Positions 50,030 through 63,455 are shown, numbered from the stretch's first letter. The stretch is DNA of 64,000 nt from Mobula hypostoma (GCF_963921235.1 NC_086097.1:175772001-175836000), one strand, 5' to 3'. Notes: generated by a model not told the origin, from the sequence alone. Numbers and translations: made by a program.

Positions 50030-53000
50030 AACACACAACGCATATTTTCCTCGCATGAATATAGTGATAAGTCAATTACAAGTCATAAGGGGGTTCCTTA
50101 TGTCCATTCTATTCCGCAATTTAGTTTTCGTTGCATTCAGTGCAGAAAACTCCACTTTGCAGAGATATGTTGTTGGAAATGGAAGCAACGTTTTCAGTGC
50201 TTTCGTGGCTATCTCAGCCTTGACTTTGATCCAGAATGCCGGCAGAAATGCTATGTCAAACATACTTTTCAGCCCACCGTCATTTGCAAGCTCAAGGAGT
50301 TGATCTTCTTCCCGCGCTGACATGGATGATTCACCGGGGACCCATTCCCTTGCACGACCCATTCCTTTGCACATCTTGGGTCATTTGCCATTGGGAAGAA
50401 ACACTCGAATTCTGTCGACAATGAAGATAGGTGTTTGCGCACCAGCTATGAGCCTCAGTCTCTCCCAAATTCCCTGCTAATGTTGGGAACATGTCAGATA
50501 TGCCCCTATCTACTCCTCGTCCCCACAGTTCCAGTTTGGCTGTGAAAGCAATTTACCTGCCAACTTGAAGACAATTGTCATTATCCCCTGAAATGACAGA
50601 TTGAGTTCATTGAGCAGGTGAAGATGTGACACAGATAAGCGAGTTTTGCTATCCACTCGTCGTCACTGAAGTGTGCTGCCATTGGTGACTTTTTTCCTGA
50701 AAAAAAATCTGTGTAGTTGCTCTCTTAACTCAGAAACCCTGGCCAGGGCTCTCCCCCTTGATAGCCACCTGACTTCAATGTGTAAGAGAATGCGTTTGTG
50801 CTCTGCATCCACTTCCTTGCAAAGCTGCTCAAACAGACCTGAGTTAGGGCTTTTAACCATAGAAACCATAGAAACTACAGCACAGAAACAGGCCCTTTGG
50901 CCCTTCTTGGCTGTGCCGAACCATTTTCTGCCTAGTCCCACTGACCTGCACACGGACCATATCCCTCCATACACCTCCCATCCATGTATCTGTCCAATTT
51001 ATTCTTAAATGTTAAAAAAGATTTACCACCTCGTCTGGCAGCTCATTCCATACTCCCACCACTCTCTGTGTGAAGAAGCCCCCCACTAATGTTCCCTTTA
51101 AACTTTTCCCCCGTCACCCTTAACCCATGTCCTCTGGTTTTTTTTCTCCCCTTGCCTCAGTGGAAAAAGCCTGCTTGCATTCACTCTATCTATACCCATC
51201 ATAATTTTATATACCTCTATCAAATCTCCCCTCATTCTTCTACGCTCCAGGGAATAAAGTCCTAACCTATTCAACCTTTCTCTGTAACTGAGTTTCTCAA
51301 GTCCCGGCAACATCCTTGTAAACCTTCTCTGCACTCTTTCAACCTTATTTATATCCTTCCTGTAATTTGGTGACCAAAACTGAACACAATACTCCAGATT
51401 CGGCCTCACCAATGCCTTATACAACCTCATCATAATATTCCAGCTCTTATACTCAATACTTTGATTAATAAAGGCCAATGTACCAAAAGCTCTCTTTACG
51501 ACCCTATCTACTTGTGTCGCCACTTTTAGGGAATTTTGTATCTGTATTCCCAGATCCCTCTGTTCTACTGCACTCCTCAGTGACTTACCATTAACCCTGT
51601 ATGTTCTACCTTGGTTTGACCTTCCAACGTGCAATACCTCACACTTGTCTGTATTAAACTCCATCTGCCATTTTTCAGCCCATTTTTCCAGCTGGTCCAA
51701 GTCCCTCTGCAGGCTCTGAAAACCTTCCTCACTGTCTACTACACCACCAATCTTTGTATCATCAGCAAATTTGCTGATCCAATTTAGCACATTATCATCC
51801 AGATCATTGATATAGATGACAAATAACAATGGACCCAGCACTGATCCCTGTGGCACACCACTAGTCACAGGCCTCCACTCAGAGAAGCAATTCTCTACCA
51901 CCACTCTTTGGCTTCTTCCATTGAGCCAATGTCTAATCCAATTTAGCACCTTTCCATGTATACCTAGTGACTGAATTTTCCTAACTAACCTCCCATGCGG
52001 GACCTTGTCAAAGGCCTTACTGAAATCCATGTAGACAATATCCACTGCCTTCCCTTCATCCACTTTCCTGGTAACCTCCTCAAAAAACTCCAGTAGATTG
52101 GTCAAACATGACCTACCACGCACAAAGCCATGTTGACTCTCCCTAATAAGTCCCTGTCTATCCAAATGCTTGTAGATTCTGTCTCTTAGTACTCCCTCCA
52201 ATAACTTACCTATTACCGATGTTAAACTCACTGGCCTATAATTTCCCGGATTACTTTTTGATCCTTTTTTAAACAACGGAACAACATGAACCACTCTCCA
52301 ATCCTCCGGCACTTCACCCGTAGACAGCGACATTTTAAATATTTCTGCTAGGGCCCCCGCAATTTCAACACTAGTCTCCTTCAAGGTCCGAGGGAACACC
52401 CTGTCAGGTCCTGGGGATTTATCCACTTTAATTTTCCTCAAGACAGCAAGCACCTCCTCCTTTTCAATCTGTACAGTTTCCATGATCTCACTACTTGATT
52501 CCCTCAATTCCATAGACGTCATGCCAGTTTCCTTAGTAAATACAGACGCAAAAAACCTATTTAAGATCTCCCCCATTTCCTTTGGTTCCGCACGTAGCCG
52601 ACCACTCTGATCTTCAAGAGGAACAATTTTATCTTACAATCCTTTTACTCTTAATATATCTGTAAAAGCTCTTTGGATTATCCTTCACTTTGACTGCCAA
52701 GGCAACCTCATGTCTTCTTTTAGCCCTCCTGATTACTTTCTTAAGTATTTTCTTGCACTTCTTATACTCCTCAAGCACCTGATTTACTCCGTTTCCTATA
52801 CATTTCATACAACTCCCTCTTCTTCTTTATCAGAGTTGCAATATCCCTTGAGAACCAAGGTTTCTTATTCCTTTTCAATTTGCCTTTAATCCTGTCAGGA
52901 ACATACAAACTCTGCACTCTCAAAATTTCCCCTTTGAAGGCTTCCCACCTACCAATCACATCTTTGCCAGAGAACAACCTGTCCCAATCCATGCTTTTTA

Positions 53001-54230
53001 GATCCTTTCTCATTTCTTCAAATTTGGCCTTCTTCCAGTTCAGAACCTCAACCCTAAGACCAGATCTATCCTTGTCCATGATCAAATTGAAACTAATGGT
53101 GTTATGGTCACTGGAACCAAAGTGCTCCCCTACACAGACTTCCGTCACTTGTCCTAACTCGTTTCCTAACAGGAGATCCAATATTGCATCCCCTCTAGTT
53201 GGTCCCTCTATATATCGATTTAGAAAACTTCCCTGAACACATTTTACAAACTCTAAACCATCTAGACCCCTAACAGTATGGGAGTCCCAATCAATGTATG
53301 GAAAATTAAAATCCCCTACCACCACAACTTTATGTTTCCTGCAGTTGCCTGCTATCTCTCTGCAGATTTGCTCTTCCAAGTCTCGTTGACTATTGGGTGA
53401 TCTGTAATACAATCCCACTAATGTGGCCATACCTTTCCTGTTTCTCAGCTCCACCCATAAGGACTCAGTAGACAGGCCCTCTAATCTGTCCTGCCTGAGC
53501 ACTGCTGTAATAATTTCCCTAACAAGCAATGCTACTCCCCCACCTTTCATTCCTCTGCCTCGATCACATCTGAAACATCGGAATCCTGGAATATTAAGCT
53601 GCCAGTCCTGCCCCTCCTGTAGCCAAGTTTTGCTTTGATCTGATTGATAACTTCATCAACGTCACTCAATACGCTGTTTTTCAGCTAGCCGGCATTTCCC
53701 TATGTATGACACAGTGTGTGGACTGGCATTCCGGAGTAACCTCTCTGACTCGGGTAGTGAAACCAGACTCGTTAAGCTGTTCCAACAGCTGTGCTTCGAT
53801 GTCCTCCGCCATGTCATCGATTGTTCTTGAAACTGTGGTAGCTGAAAGAGAAACCTGTGCTCAGGTCGCAATAAAGCCATATTTTATGTACGACTCGTCG
53901 TATTTTCTATTGAAGGAAGCTTTCATTTTTTTGCAGTCTCGGCCTCAGCTGTCTCTGCTTTATCAAGAACGTTAGGCCTTTTATGTCCCCTACCATCTCT
54001 TCCAAAGAAAATCTCAAGCGATGTTTGTTTTTTTTACTCCTCTAGTAGTTTTAGGTTAATGATCGACTGATGTCCTCGCGTGGGTGATGTCCTCGCGTGG
54101 GTATTGACCTCGCGTGCGATCAAGTTCAACAGTGGACGTGACAGGGAATGAGAAAAGGTGTAGTTGACCCATGTCGTTTCCTCGCGGCCCGGTAAGACAT
54201 GCTTTACAGCCCGGTGGTTGGGGACCACTG
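50030..54230 (-). mobile_element. hAT (Buster/Charlie-type) DNA transposon with internal deletions, split by a CR1
   Basis: 5' TIR CAGTGGTCCCCAACC (reverse complement of 54216-54230) flanked by tccTAaat, fitting the nnnTAnnn Buster target; RKYDESYIKYGF, LLHIEVRWLSRG, LLPFPTTYLC. Confidence 0.88.
50855..53630 (-). mobile_element. young 5'-truncated CR1 with an uninterrupted 492-aa RT ORF
   Basis: ORF 51098-52576 has all RT motifs ([22 protein letters not shown]); EN part at 52771-53550; (TTTCTATGG)n tail. Confidence 0.93.
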
Positions 54231-55939
54231 TCCTAAATCACTGTGAAAACCAGTGAGATACTTTTGACAATTTGTTCCCTGGGTTAATTAGTGCACTGCA
54301 GCTTCCAGAACCTATAGTGAGCAGATCTTTGTGAATAGTGAGAAATAAATATTGGCTAGATTATGGAATGCTCAATGTCCAGTCTCAGTACAAAGCAGGC
54401 TGCTGTGTGTACTACAAAAGGTGCTGAGCAGAGGGAACACAGCTGGCACGTCTATTCTTCTTGTTCCTTCTGTAAAGCTGAATAAAAGACCCTACCCACT
54501 CCAGACATTCCCTCTTCAACACCCCCTCCCCCATGACATTCCATGGGGGCAGAAGTTACAAAAGCCTGAAAGCATACACCACCAGGCTCAAGACGGTTAT
54601 GTCAATTGAACCTTTCCCTAGTACAATAAGAATAGATTCTTGACCTCTCAATCTAGCTCATTAGGACCTTTCATCTTATTGTGTACCTTCACTGCACTTT
54701 CTCTGTAACTAACACTGTTTTGTTTCTGTTTTACCTTGTCTTCAGCAATGGAATGTTGTAATGGATTGATAGGTATGAGCAGTGTGCAAGGTAAGTTTCT
54801 CACTGTACCTTGGTACATGTGACAATAAACCAATTGACCAGCTGGGTACAAGTAATTAAGTCTATGAGTCGGAGATAGCACAGGTCTTTCAGCCCAACAG
54901 AATCCGTACCCATCATCAACTAGCCAATTACACTAATCCTACGTCAATTTTATTGCTTATTTTTATCACATTCCCAAAAGGTAAATGGATGGTTGGGCAA
55001 TGGGTAAAACAGGGAGGTCTTCCTACAATCATACAGGGCCTTGGAGAAACAAGACCATAAAATATTGGAGCAGAATTATGCTATTTGGCCCATTGAGTCA
55101 ACTCTGCCATTTAATCATAGCTGAACAAATTTTCCTCTCAGCCCCAGTCTCCTACCCTCCCCCCCCCCAAGCTTGTATCCCTTCATGATCTGACCAATCA
55201 AAATTCTATCAACCTCTGCCGATACATGAAGACTTGGCCTCTGTAGCTGCCTGTGACAACAAATTCCACAGACTCACCAAGGAGTATTGTGATCCTTTTG
55301 AAACACAAAGGACATGGAGTCCTGTTAAGCTGAGCAGCAAGAGGGTATTCCCATTCATGATATAGAAATATAAGAATAAGAGGTCACTTGTGGGAGATGA
55401 GAGGAACAACTTCGCTGAGGACTTTTGAACTTTGGAATCCCCTCCCCTTGAGTGCTCTGGAGCCTGAGGTGACAAGTATGCGCAGCTGAGATAGATTTTT
55501 GGAATTTAAAGGCGTTGAGGGTTGTAGTGATGGACAGGGCATTTCATCTCAGAAGCTTCTCCTGTAGCTATCCAGCTTCCCAACAAAGCTCACTCAGGTG
55601 TAATACCCTAACTGTCCCTGCACAACATCTATTAAATGGTCTTTCCTGCTCTCCTTGTTTTGTTGGTAATTATTTGGTCTGTTCATATGTTCACATTTAT
55701 TTAAGTTTGATTAAATAAATTAAACTGCTCATGTCTGTTTGCACTATTGTCTTGTAAATTGTTGGTTGCTATAAGTCCTGTGTTTTATGCTTGGCACCAA
55801 ACCATGATCAATTCTGGTATGTTTCACATACTGGCAATAAAGTGATTCTGATTCTGAGGAAATTGAAGCTGAGGGCAAATTCCAATCAGTTATGGTCTTA
55901 TTGAACAGGGGAGCAGACTCACTCACTCCAAGCTTTCTG

Positions 55940-56165
55940 TCTACCTTTCCTTTCTCCGCATTTCTCCTCTCTTGCTACCTCTTCCCTCTCTCTACATTTG
56001 CCTTCTCTACCCCCCCCTTTCCGGATGTAACTTCCCCCTCTTCAGATCTAACTTCCCCCTCTTTCTACTTTCACCTTTACATCTCTCTCTCTCTCCCTCT
56101 TTACCTCTTTCTCACCAGTCCCTACTCTCTCTTTGCTTGCTTATGACTCTCTCTCTCTCGCCTTC
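55940..56165. repeat. CT-rich low-complexity tract
   Basis: Polypyrimidine and (CT)n runs. Confidence 0.8.
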
Positions 56166-56649
56166 ACTTTCGTCACATTATTGCCTTCAGTCATGCACCT
56201 CAATGTTAATGAGGTAGTGAGAGTGGGAGGCTGCATCAATGATACTGACTGAGCCACTGGTTCAGAACATGAAAGGAATGTTTGTCACCTTTACCAGCGA
56301 AACAGATTAAGCAGTTGTGTAAAGCAAGATTGGACTGAATTGAAAGGCTGTTAGATTTTGCAGCTGATGGAAATGAAAATCAATGCGTGTTTCCAACTTC
56401 TGATATGCTGCTTTCTGCACCTTGGATAAGCACAATTATTTTCAAAGTGCAACAAAGATTTAAATGAAGTAAAGTGCTTGAATATCAGTCATACTACATT
56501 ACAACACAAAAGCAGAGCTTTCACTCATAGTTGACCCCTTACAATAAACTTAATTTTTGGTTTCAATTATGTTCTCTCTTGTAAAAATTATGCATAATTT
56601 ATGTTTTATGTTTTTCTTATGAATGCTGCTTATCTGATACCATGTACCC

Positions 56650-57070
56650 GTGAAACTCATTCATAAGGCCAGTGATGTTGTGGGGATGGAACTGGACTCT
56701 CTCGCGGTGGTGTCTGAAAAGAGGATGCTGTCTAAGTTGCATGCCATCTTGGTCAATGTCTCCCATCCACTACATAATGTACTGGGTGGGCACAGGAGTA
56801 CATTCAGCCAGAGACTCATCCCTCCGAGATGCAACACTGAGCGTCATAGGAAGTCATTCCTGCCTGTGGCCATCAAACTTTACAACTCCTCCCTTGGAGG
56901 GTCAGACTCCCTGAGCCAATAGGCTGGTCCTGGACTTATTTCATAATTTACTGGCGTAATTTACATATTATTATTTAACTATTTACGGTTTTATTACTAT
57001 TTAATTATTTATGGTGCAACTGTAACGAAAACCAGTTTCCCCCAGGATCAATAAAGTATGACTACTATGA
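56650..57070 (+). mobile_element. Rex1/Babar-like LINE 3' end
   Basis: KLIHKASDVVG...SHPLH...CNTERHRKSFLPVAIKLYN; AATAAA then an atgactact tail. Confidence 0.75.
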
Positions 57071-59109
57071 AGAAGCTGCAAATAAACTTTTCATTGCCCC
57101 TGTGCACATGACAATAAACTCAAATTTGACTTGCGTTGATCGTACTCTATTACCTGAAAACAAATGGGGGAAGCATGGGGAAACTCCATTAGATTTCGAC
57201 TTAAAATGGGAAAAGAGCAGGGATCTGGGGGAACGAGGAGGGAATGGGACTAATTATACGAGTATTCCACATGGTTAATGTTGGCTTTAGAGTTTGTGGC
57301 TCTGCTACGCATGTCTATGCTTCATTAAAACTGCTCAGTAAAATGGGAATGCTTGATAAACATCTTTCACCCAGAGGACTGTTTTTTTGCTGCATCAGAG
57401 TCTAGTGAATCAGTAAGCAGATTTTGCAATTGTATTGTGTGTGTCAATAGACTTCGGTGTTCTTTGCCAACACTTCTACACTGGCAACTTTTCAATCAAT
57501 TATGTACAAAGGAAAGCAAGAGTAACAAGTTGTTGTAAAATGTGAAGCATTGATAAAGACACAAACAAGTAACATTCCATTCAACTTTGCCCCAGTACAA
57601 ATCATTTTATATTTGCGTTTTATTTGGCACAAGCTCACTAACGTATCTAGACTAGTGGAAAGAGTATTCACGGGTGGCGGGGGGGGGGGTGCTTGTGGGG
57701 GGCAGTGGGTTGGCAGAGTGGAATACTGGAGACTACCAGCTAAATAAACCACTAACCCCTAGGATTTGTAGTCAGACAATGCATCCTTTATTCACAGCTC
57801 ACTAAACTGAATCAAACACAATTGTCAATATACAGCAACAACACCTATAGTGTATAAATCTTCAAGGAATCAGTGCATTAATACTTTAACACCATTTAAC
57901 ATTGAAGTTCATTTTCAACGGATGATAGAGTTGCTGTGCTAGTCATGTTTCCATTTCTGAGGGAGCTGATCTAAACTTAGTATCAGTGTCTTATAAAAAT
58001 ACAGCCAGAAATTGGCCCTTTGGCCCATCCAGTCTGTACTGAACCATTTAAACTGCCTAATCCCATTGACCTGCAGTCAGACTATAGCCCTCCATATCCC
58101 TACCATCCATGTACCTATCCAAACTTCATTTATTGCATTGATTCAGCTGATGTAAACTGGAATTTAGAAGGATGAGAAGTGTCCGCGTAGAATGAATGCA
58201 CCTGTAACGGGATCAGACAGAGTGTCCAAAACTAGACAGCTCAGCCCTCAGTGGATGGAGAACTCCAAATGTTGTGGAGACTGGATCATTGGAAGCACTG
58301 GAATAAGAGAGAGGTTCATTTTTGAATGGGGACTGAGGGCGATGGGGAACCAGTGCACAAGAGATGAGGCCTGGGGGATATTATACACAATGGTGAGTCA
58401 GGCTTGAGTGGCCAAATGGCTTACTCCTCATTTTCTTGGTCAAGGTCAGTAGAGATATATTCACCTGAAGATCATAAATACTATCATTAAATATAGATAA
58501 AAGGGAAGTGAATATGTTTCTAGATAGTAATGGGTTCAAAGGATGTGGGGATAATGTAGTGAAGTGGTTGATAGCCCGTGGTCATATAAAATGGTGAATC
58601 ATGTCCTAGGCATTATGATTCTGAGGCCAGGATAGGGTGAATTGGTGCTGTCTCTGGGGACCTGATCATTCATGCTCTCTCAATCAACGTCACTAAACCA
58701 GATTATCAGGTTACCCACTGTGGGAGCATACTGCACAAAAGTTGGTGGCATTCCAAAAATGACATTTCAACACATTCTTCATAAGCTGCAAAATGCCTTT
58801 GGGATCTCCCAAGTCACCTGGAGACATTAAAAAACAGTGGAGGAACTCAGTCAGCCATTTCAGGCTGAGACCAAGGGTTAACTGTTTATTCCTCTCCATA
58901 GATGTTGCCTGACCTGCTGAGTTCCTCCAGCACTGTGCATGTGCTGCTTCAGGCTTCCAGCATCTGCAGAATCTCGTGTGTCTGGAGAAATACGGTCTTT
59001 CTCTTTGTTAAGTTTACATGTGAATTGACGAATGCTGGAATTTTGTGTGAAATATGCTGTATTGGAACGGAAGCCTGCAATTTTCCTTGCACAGATTATT
59101 CTCTGGAGT

Positions 59110-59570
59110 TGAATGATCCCAGGAATGAAAGACTTAATTGTATGAGAGTGTTTGATGTGTCTGGGCCTGTACTCGATGGAGTTCAGAAGGATGGGGAGAA
59201 GAGGCGTGAATCTTATTGAAGCCTACTTGGTACTAAAAAAGGTCTGGATAGAGTTGATGTGCAGATAATATTTCCATCAGGATCTAGGATCCAAAGAAAC
59301 ATCTTCAGAATAAAAGGACATCACTTTATAACTGAGATAAGGACAAATCTATTCAGCCAGAGGAGAGTGAATCTATGGAATTCATTTCTGGAGAGGACTG
59401 TGGAGGCCAGGCCATTGGATATATTTAAAGCAGAGATTGGTATGCTCTTGATTGGCAAGGGGGTTAAAGTTTATGTCGAGAAGGTGGGAGAAAAATAAAT
59501 CAGCCATGATTGAATGGCGGAACAGACTCAATGGGCTGAATGGCTTAATTCTGCTCTGATAACTTATGTT
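59110..59570 (+). mobile_element. CR1 3' end next to TTR exon 3
   Basis: CR1 C-terminus (FSQRRVNLWNSF) and 3'UTR. Confidence 0.8.
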
Positions 59571-59605
59571 CTTGCATATAAAGTATTCATTAAAGTGGAA
59601 CTTAC

Positions 59606-59741
59606 ATCAGCACATTCATGGAAGGGGTTAATTCCTTTGTTCCTCCAGTAGGCACCAGTGTCAAAGTGGATTTTGTACAGACCGGCTGGAAGATGCTCCT
59701 CGGAAGTAAGATTGTGGACTTCTCCACTTATTCCTGTGCCC
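59606..59741 (-). CDS. TTR: transthyretin exon 3
   Basis: ttttgtag| and |gtaag; 136 bp, as in human exon 3; GTGISGEVHNLTSEEHLPAGLYKIHFDTGAYWRNKGINPFHECAD. Confidence 0.94.
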
Positions 59742-60264
59742 CTACAAAAGAAGCCAATGGAGTAAGAACTACTTGTCAATGGTTCTATTGAGTGAGCTGT
59801 AAACTGAGTTAAAACCAGCTGTTTATACAGCACAGCAATGAGCCCTTCTACTCAGCACTCTCATGCTAACCTTTATTCCACCAGACCCACTTATCTGTAT
59901 TAGGTTTGTATCTCTCTACGCCCTGCCTATCTGTGTCTGTCCAAGTGCCCTTTAAATGTAGTCATTGTATTTGATTCCATTGCTTCCTCTAGCAATATCT
60001 TCCAAATACCAACCACTCACTGTGTCAAAAAACAAGTTCACCCCTTAGGTCCTTAGACCCATGCCCTATTATTTTGGTGCTCCTCCAATGGAAAATAAGT
60101 TCAGTTCTTGCGTTCACTTCTGGTCCCCTCATTATAGGAAGGATGTGGAAGCTTTAGAGAGGGTACAGAGGAAATTTACCAGGATGCTGCCTGGATTGGA
60201 GAACATGTCTTACAAGAAAAGGTTGAGTGAGATCTTTGGAGTAAAGGTGACGTGGTAGAAATAT

Positions 60265-60612
60265 TGTGGTGAGCATTTGATCCATAATGACAGGCGAGGA
60301 AGCTCGTTAACAACCGTTTTATTGTGATAAACAGAAAACAGACAGGGCACCGTGACCTGGAGAGTGAACCCCACCAGTCTCACACCGACGGGGGAGGTGA
60401 CCATCACACACCCCGGTTACAGTTAGGGTGACCACAAATACACAAACAAATAACTGTATAACCCAAGCTAAATTGAAACAATAAATGAACTGGAACTTCC
60501 CACCATAATCCCACAAAAACATTTTAACACAAGACCAATAAACAGTGCTGATCATTAGAAATGCAGGGGCAGGCTGTCGACACACTACCCCTCCCCCGCC
60601 CAAAGCATCACA
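60265..60612 (-). mobile_element. solo LTR (348 bp) inserted in a CR1 3' fragment
   Basis: TGTGGTG...CATCACA inverted termini; 4-bp flanks ATAT / GTAT; AATAAA on the - strand near 60318-60323; host CR1 is continuous across the site. Confidence 0.72.
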
Positions 60613-61264
60613 GTATATAAGGTGATAAGTCAGAGACAGAATGGTCAGCCAGAGGCTTCTATCTTGGGCGGAATGGCTAATATAGGGAAGGGGCATTATT
60701 TTAAGGTGATTGGAGGAAATATAGGGAGAGTGTTGGAGGAAATATAGGGATGATGTCAAGGGCAGGCTTTTTTTTTAGTTAGTCATTGTGTTGAACGGGA
60801 TCTCAGTGGTGATAGTAAAGACAGCTACATTAGGGAAATTTAAGAAAATCTTGGATAGACTCATGGATGAGAGAAAAATCGAGGGTTATGTGGTAGGGAA
60901 GGGTTAGACTAATCTTGAAGTGGATTAAAAGGTTGGCATAACATTGCGTGCGGTATTGTTCTTTGTTCTAAAACAGATTCTGACTGTCCACCTTCTCTAT
61001 GCCCCTTGTAATCTTATATACAGGTTCTCCCCAGGTTTTGAACACCCGACTTATGTACAGTCTGCACATACATACAAGCATTTTGAGACTGGTGGGATGG
61101 ACTTGCCGGCTGTTACGTATTGTAGGGCTGCAAGGAGATCCTGCCAAGTAGAAACTCAGTTCATGGTATTATCTGAATGATTGGACTAAGTGCACATTGC
61201 TCTTAAATAGCCTGTGTTTTTAGTTAAATATATTGTCAGGAAGCTGCAATTGTGAACTTTTTGA

Positions 61265-61470
61265 TTTGGAGATGCAGCACAGTAACAGGGTCCTTAGGTC
61301 CAATTAGCCTCTTCTGCTCAATTACACCCATCTGACCAATTAACCTAATAACCCATCTACCTTTGAAATGTGGCAGGAAACCAGAGCACCCAGAAGAAAC
61401 CGTACCGTCATGGGGAGAACGCACAAGCAGTGACCCAGGTTCAGTTCCACTGCTACTGCGCTGTCTGCTA
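61265..61470 (-). mobile_element. V-domain SINE (HE1-like)
   Basis: Reverse complement reads ggtttcttctgggtgctctggtttcctgccaca, matching the V-SINE core. Confidence 0.65.
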
Positions 61471-61989
61471 TAAACAGTTATCAGCAATACAGCCCTGTCA
61501 AAATCTGGGAACATCTAACAAGCCCAGCCTATCCAGTCTCTCTCCATCACAAAAATGCTCCGATTCAGGTGAACCTTTTTTGTCCCTCACATATCATTCC
61601 GATAGTGTGATGACCGGAACTGCGCACGATATCCCAAGGGTGGCCTAACCAGTGTTTTGTAAAGTAGGCCAGTATGAACTAAGATATGGGGCAGAAGGCG
61701 GCTGTTTGGCCCAACAAGTCCCAACTGGGAAACAAATGGAAGATGGTGGAATCTGAAACTAAAGCAGAAATGCTGGGGAACCTCAGTCAAACAGGCAGTA
61801 TGTGTTGAAAGAAAAATCAGTTAATGGTTCAGGTTGAAGATCCTTTCTCAGATCCGGGGTAGAGTGGGTTAGAGGTGGTGTAGTCTTCAGTTTTTATTGC
61901 AGAGCTGGGGAGGGGACAGGAAGGTGTAAAGTAAAAGATTATTTGGAGATTGGTGAGAACAGATTGAGTGGTAAGGAATAATAGCAAAA

Positions 61990-62545
61990 GGATTGCAGGA
62001 GACTAATTTGGGTATTGTGTGCAGTTTTGGCCACCTACCGACAGGAAAGATGTAAATAAGGTTCAAAGAGTACAGAGAACATTTACAAGGATGTTGCCGG
62101 GTCTGGAGGACTGGAGTTGTAAGGAAACATTGAGTAGGTTAGGACTTTTTTCCTCTTGAAACGTAGAAGATTGAGAGGAGATTTGATAGAGGTATACAAA
62201 ATCATGAGGGTATAGATAGGGTAAATGCAAACAGGCTTTTTCCTTTGAGATTGGGTGGGACTATAAATAGATCATGGGTTAACGGTGAAAAGTTCAAGGG
62301 CAACATGGGGGAAAAGTTCTTCATTCAGAGGGTTGTGAGTGTGTGGAACGGGCTGCCAGCACAAGTGGTGCATGAGAGCTTGATTTCAACCTTTAAGTGA
62401 GGTTTGGATAGTTACAGGATGGTAGAGGAGGGGAGATCTATGGTCCAGGTGCAGATTAATGGGAATAGGCAGGTTAAGAGGTTTGGCACAGTCTAGATGA
62501 ACCTAAGGGTCTGTTTCTGTGCTATACTTTTCTATGACTCTATGG
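61990..62545 (+). mobile_element. CR1 3' fragment
   Basis: tattgtgtgcagttttgg...ggagatttgatagaggtatacaaaat...ttctatgactctatg tail. Confidence 0.85.
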
Positions 62546-63318
62546 CTTTATGATTACTGACCACTGGAAAGACATTTTAAGGAAACAGGTTGAGAAAGGG
62601 ATTGATAGTGTAAAATGAAGATGGAGCAAGTTAAAGTTGGGAAAAGCAATGTTCCAGAAGGCTGCAAGGTGCTCAGATGACTTCCTCTAGTTGGGCTTCC
62701 TTATGGGACTGGAGTAGAATTGACCGTAAGACACAAGAGCAGAATCAAGCCATTTGGCCCATTAAGCTGGCACCACCAACAGAATGAGGAGAAGGAATGA
62801 GAATTAAAGAGGCACACATCAAAACCTCAGGGCCATGCCCCGTGGCTCTATGCATGTCCATCTTGTCTGGTTCATTCCCTAACCTAGGTTCCTTTTGCCT
62901 GGAATTCAAGTGCCTATCTTAAAAATTGGATGAACTCAGCGGCACAGCATCTGGGGAGGGAAGTGTGGAGCCATCATTTTATGTCAAAAAAACATCGTCT
63001 CCATTTTTGTTCATAGAAGGATCTTGACCTCAAACATGGATGGAAAAGGTTTAGAGGAATCCAGCTCCAACCCAGGCAAATGGGACTAGCTCAGGTGGAC
63101 ACCTTTGTAGACATGGACAACTTGGGCTGAAGGGCCTGTTTCTCTACTGTATAACTCCCCGACTCTATAAACCTATATAAAGTACCCCAAAAGCCAGCCT
63201 TGCCAAAGATGCTGACATCAATATTTGAAAAAAAACACATTGAGCATTGGACACCAAGAAGTTGCAGAGGCCTGATTTGCTGCAGGCCTGGGAAAGGGCA
63301 GTCAGATATTGTACTCAC

Positions 63319-63455
63319 GCTGTGGAGAGCTGCTGCCAGGTTTGGTCGTCACTTTGCCTCAGCATTTGAACGTGCAGGTTTGCAGCTGGTGTACCGCTCA
63401 CAGCATCCAGAACTTTGATGAGGATTGGGCATTTGTCATCACGGGCACCATGACT
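63319..63455 (-). CDS. TTR: transthyretin exon 2
   Basis: tgtag| and |gtgagt; 137 bp; SHGARDDKCPILIKVLDAVSGTPAANLHVQMLRQSDDQTWQQLST(A) matches the TTR KCPLMVKVLDAVRG motif; not in the ORF track. Confidence 0.95.

Noticed and set aside
54070..54120. Short tandem atgtcctcgcgtgggt repeats (CRISPR-like appearance)
   Set aside because: Only 2-3 adjacent units with no spacers; they are subterminal repeats of the hAT element in a eukaryotic genome
61015..61200. Possible Tc1/mariner (Tigger-like) terminus TA-CAGG...
   Set aside because: No matching second TIR or transposase remnant could be identified
63091..63418. ORF-track entries 63091-63318(-) and 63200-63418(+)
   Set aside because: One is intronic sequence starting at the TTR exon 2 donor, the other is antisense to exon 2; the real coding frame is 63319-63455(-)
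48574..63455. HIU hydrolase (URAH / transthyretin-like protein) as an alternative identity
   Set aside because: Lacks the C-terminal YRGS and the catalytic His of the HVLD motif (has KVLD); keeps the TTR-type KCP and E54 and lies next to B4GALT6
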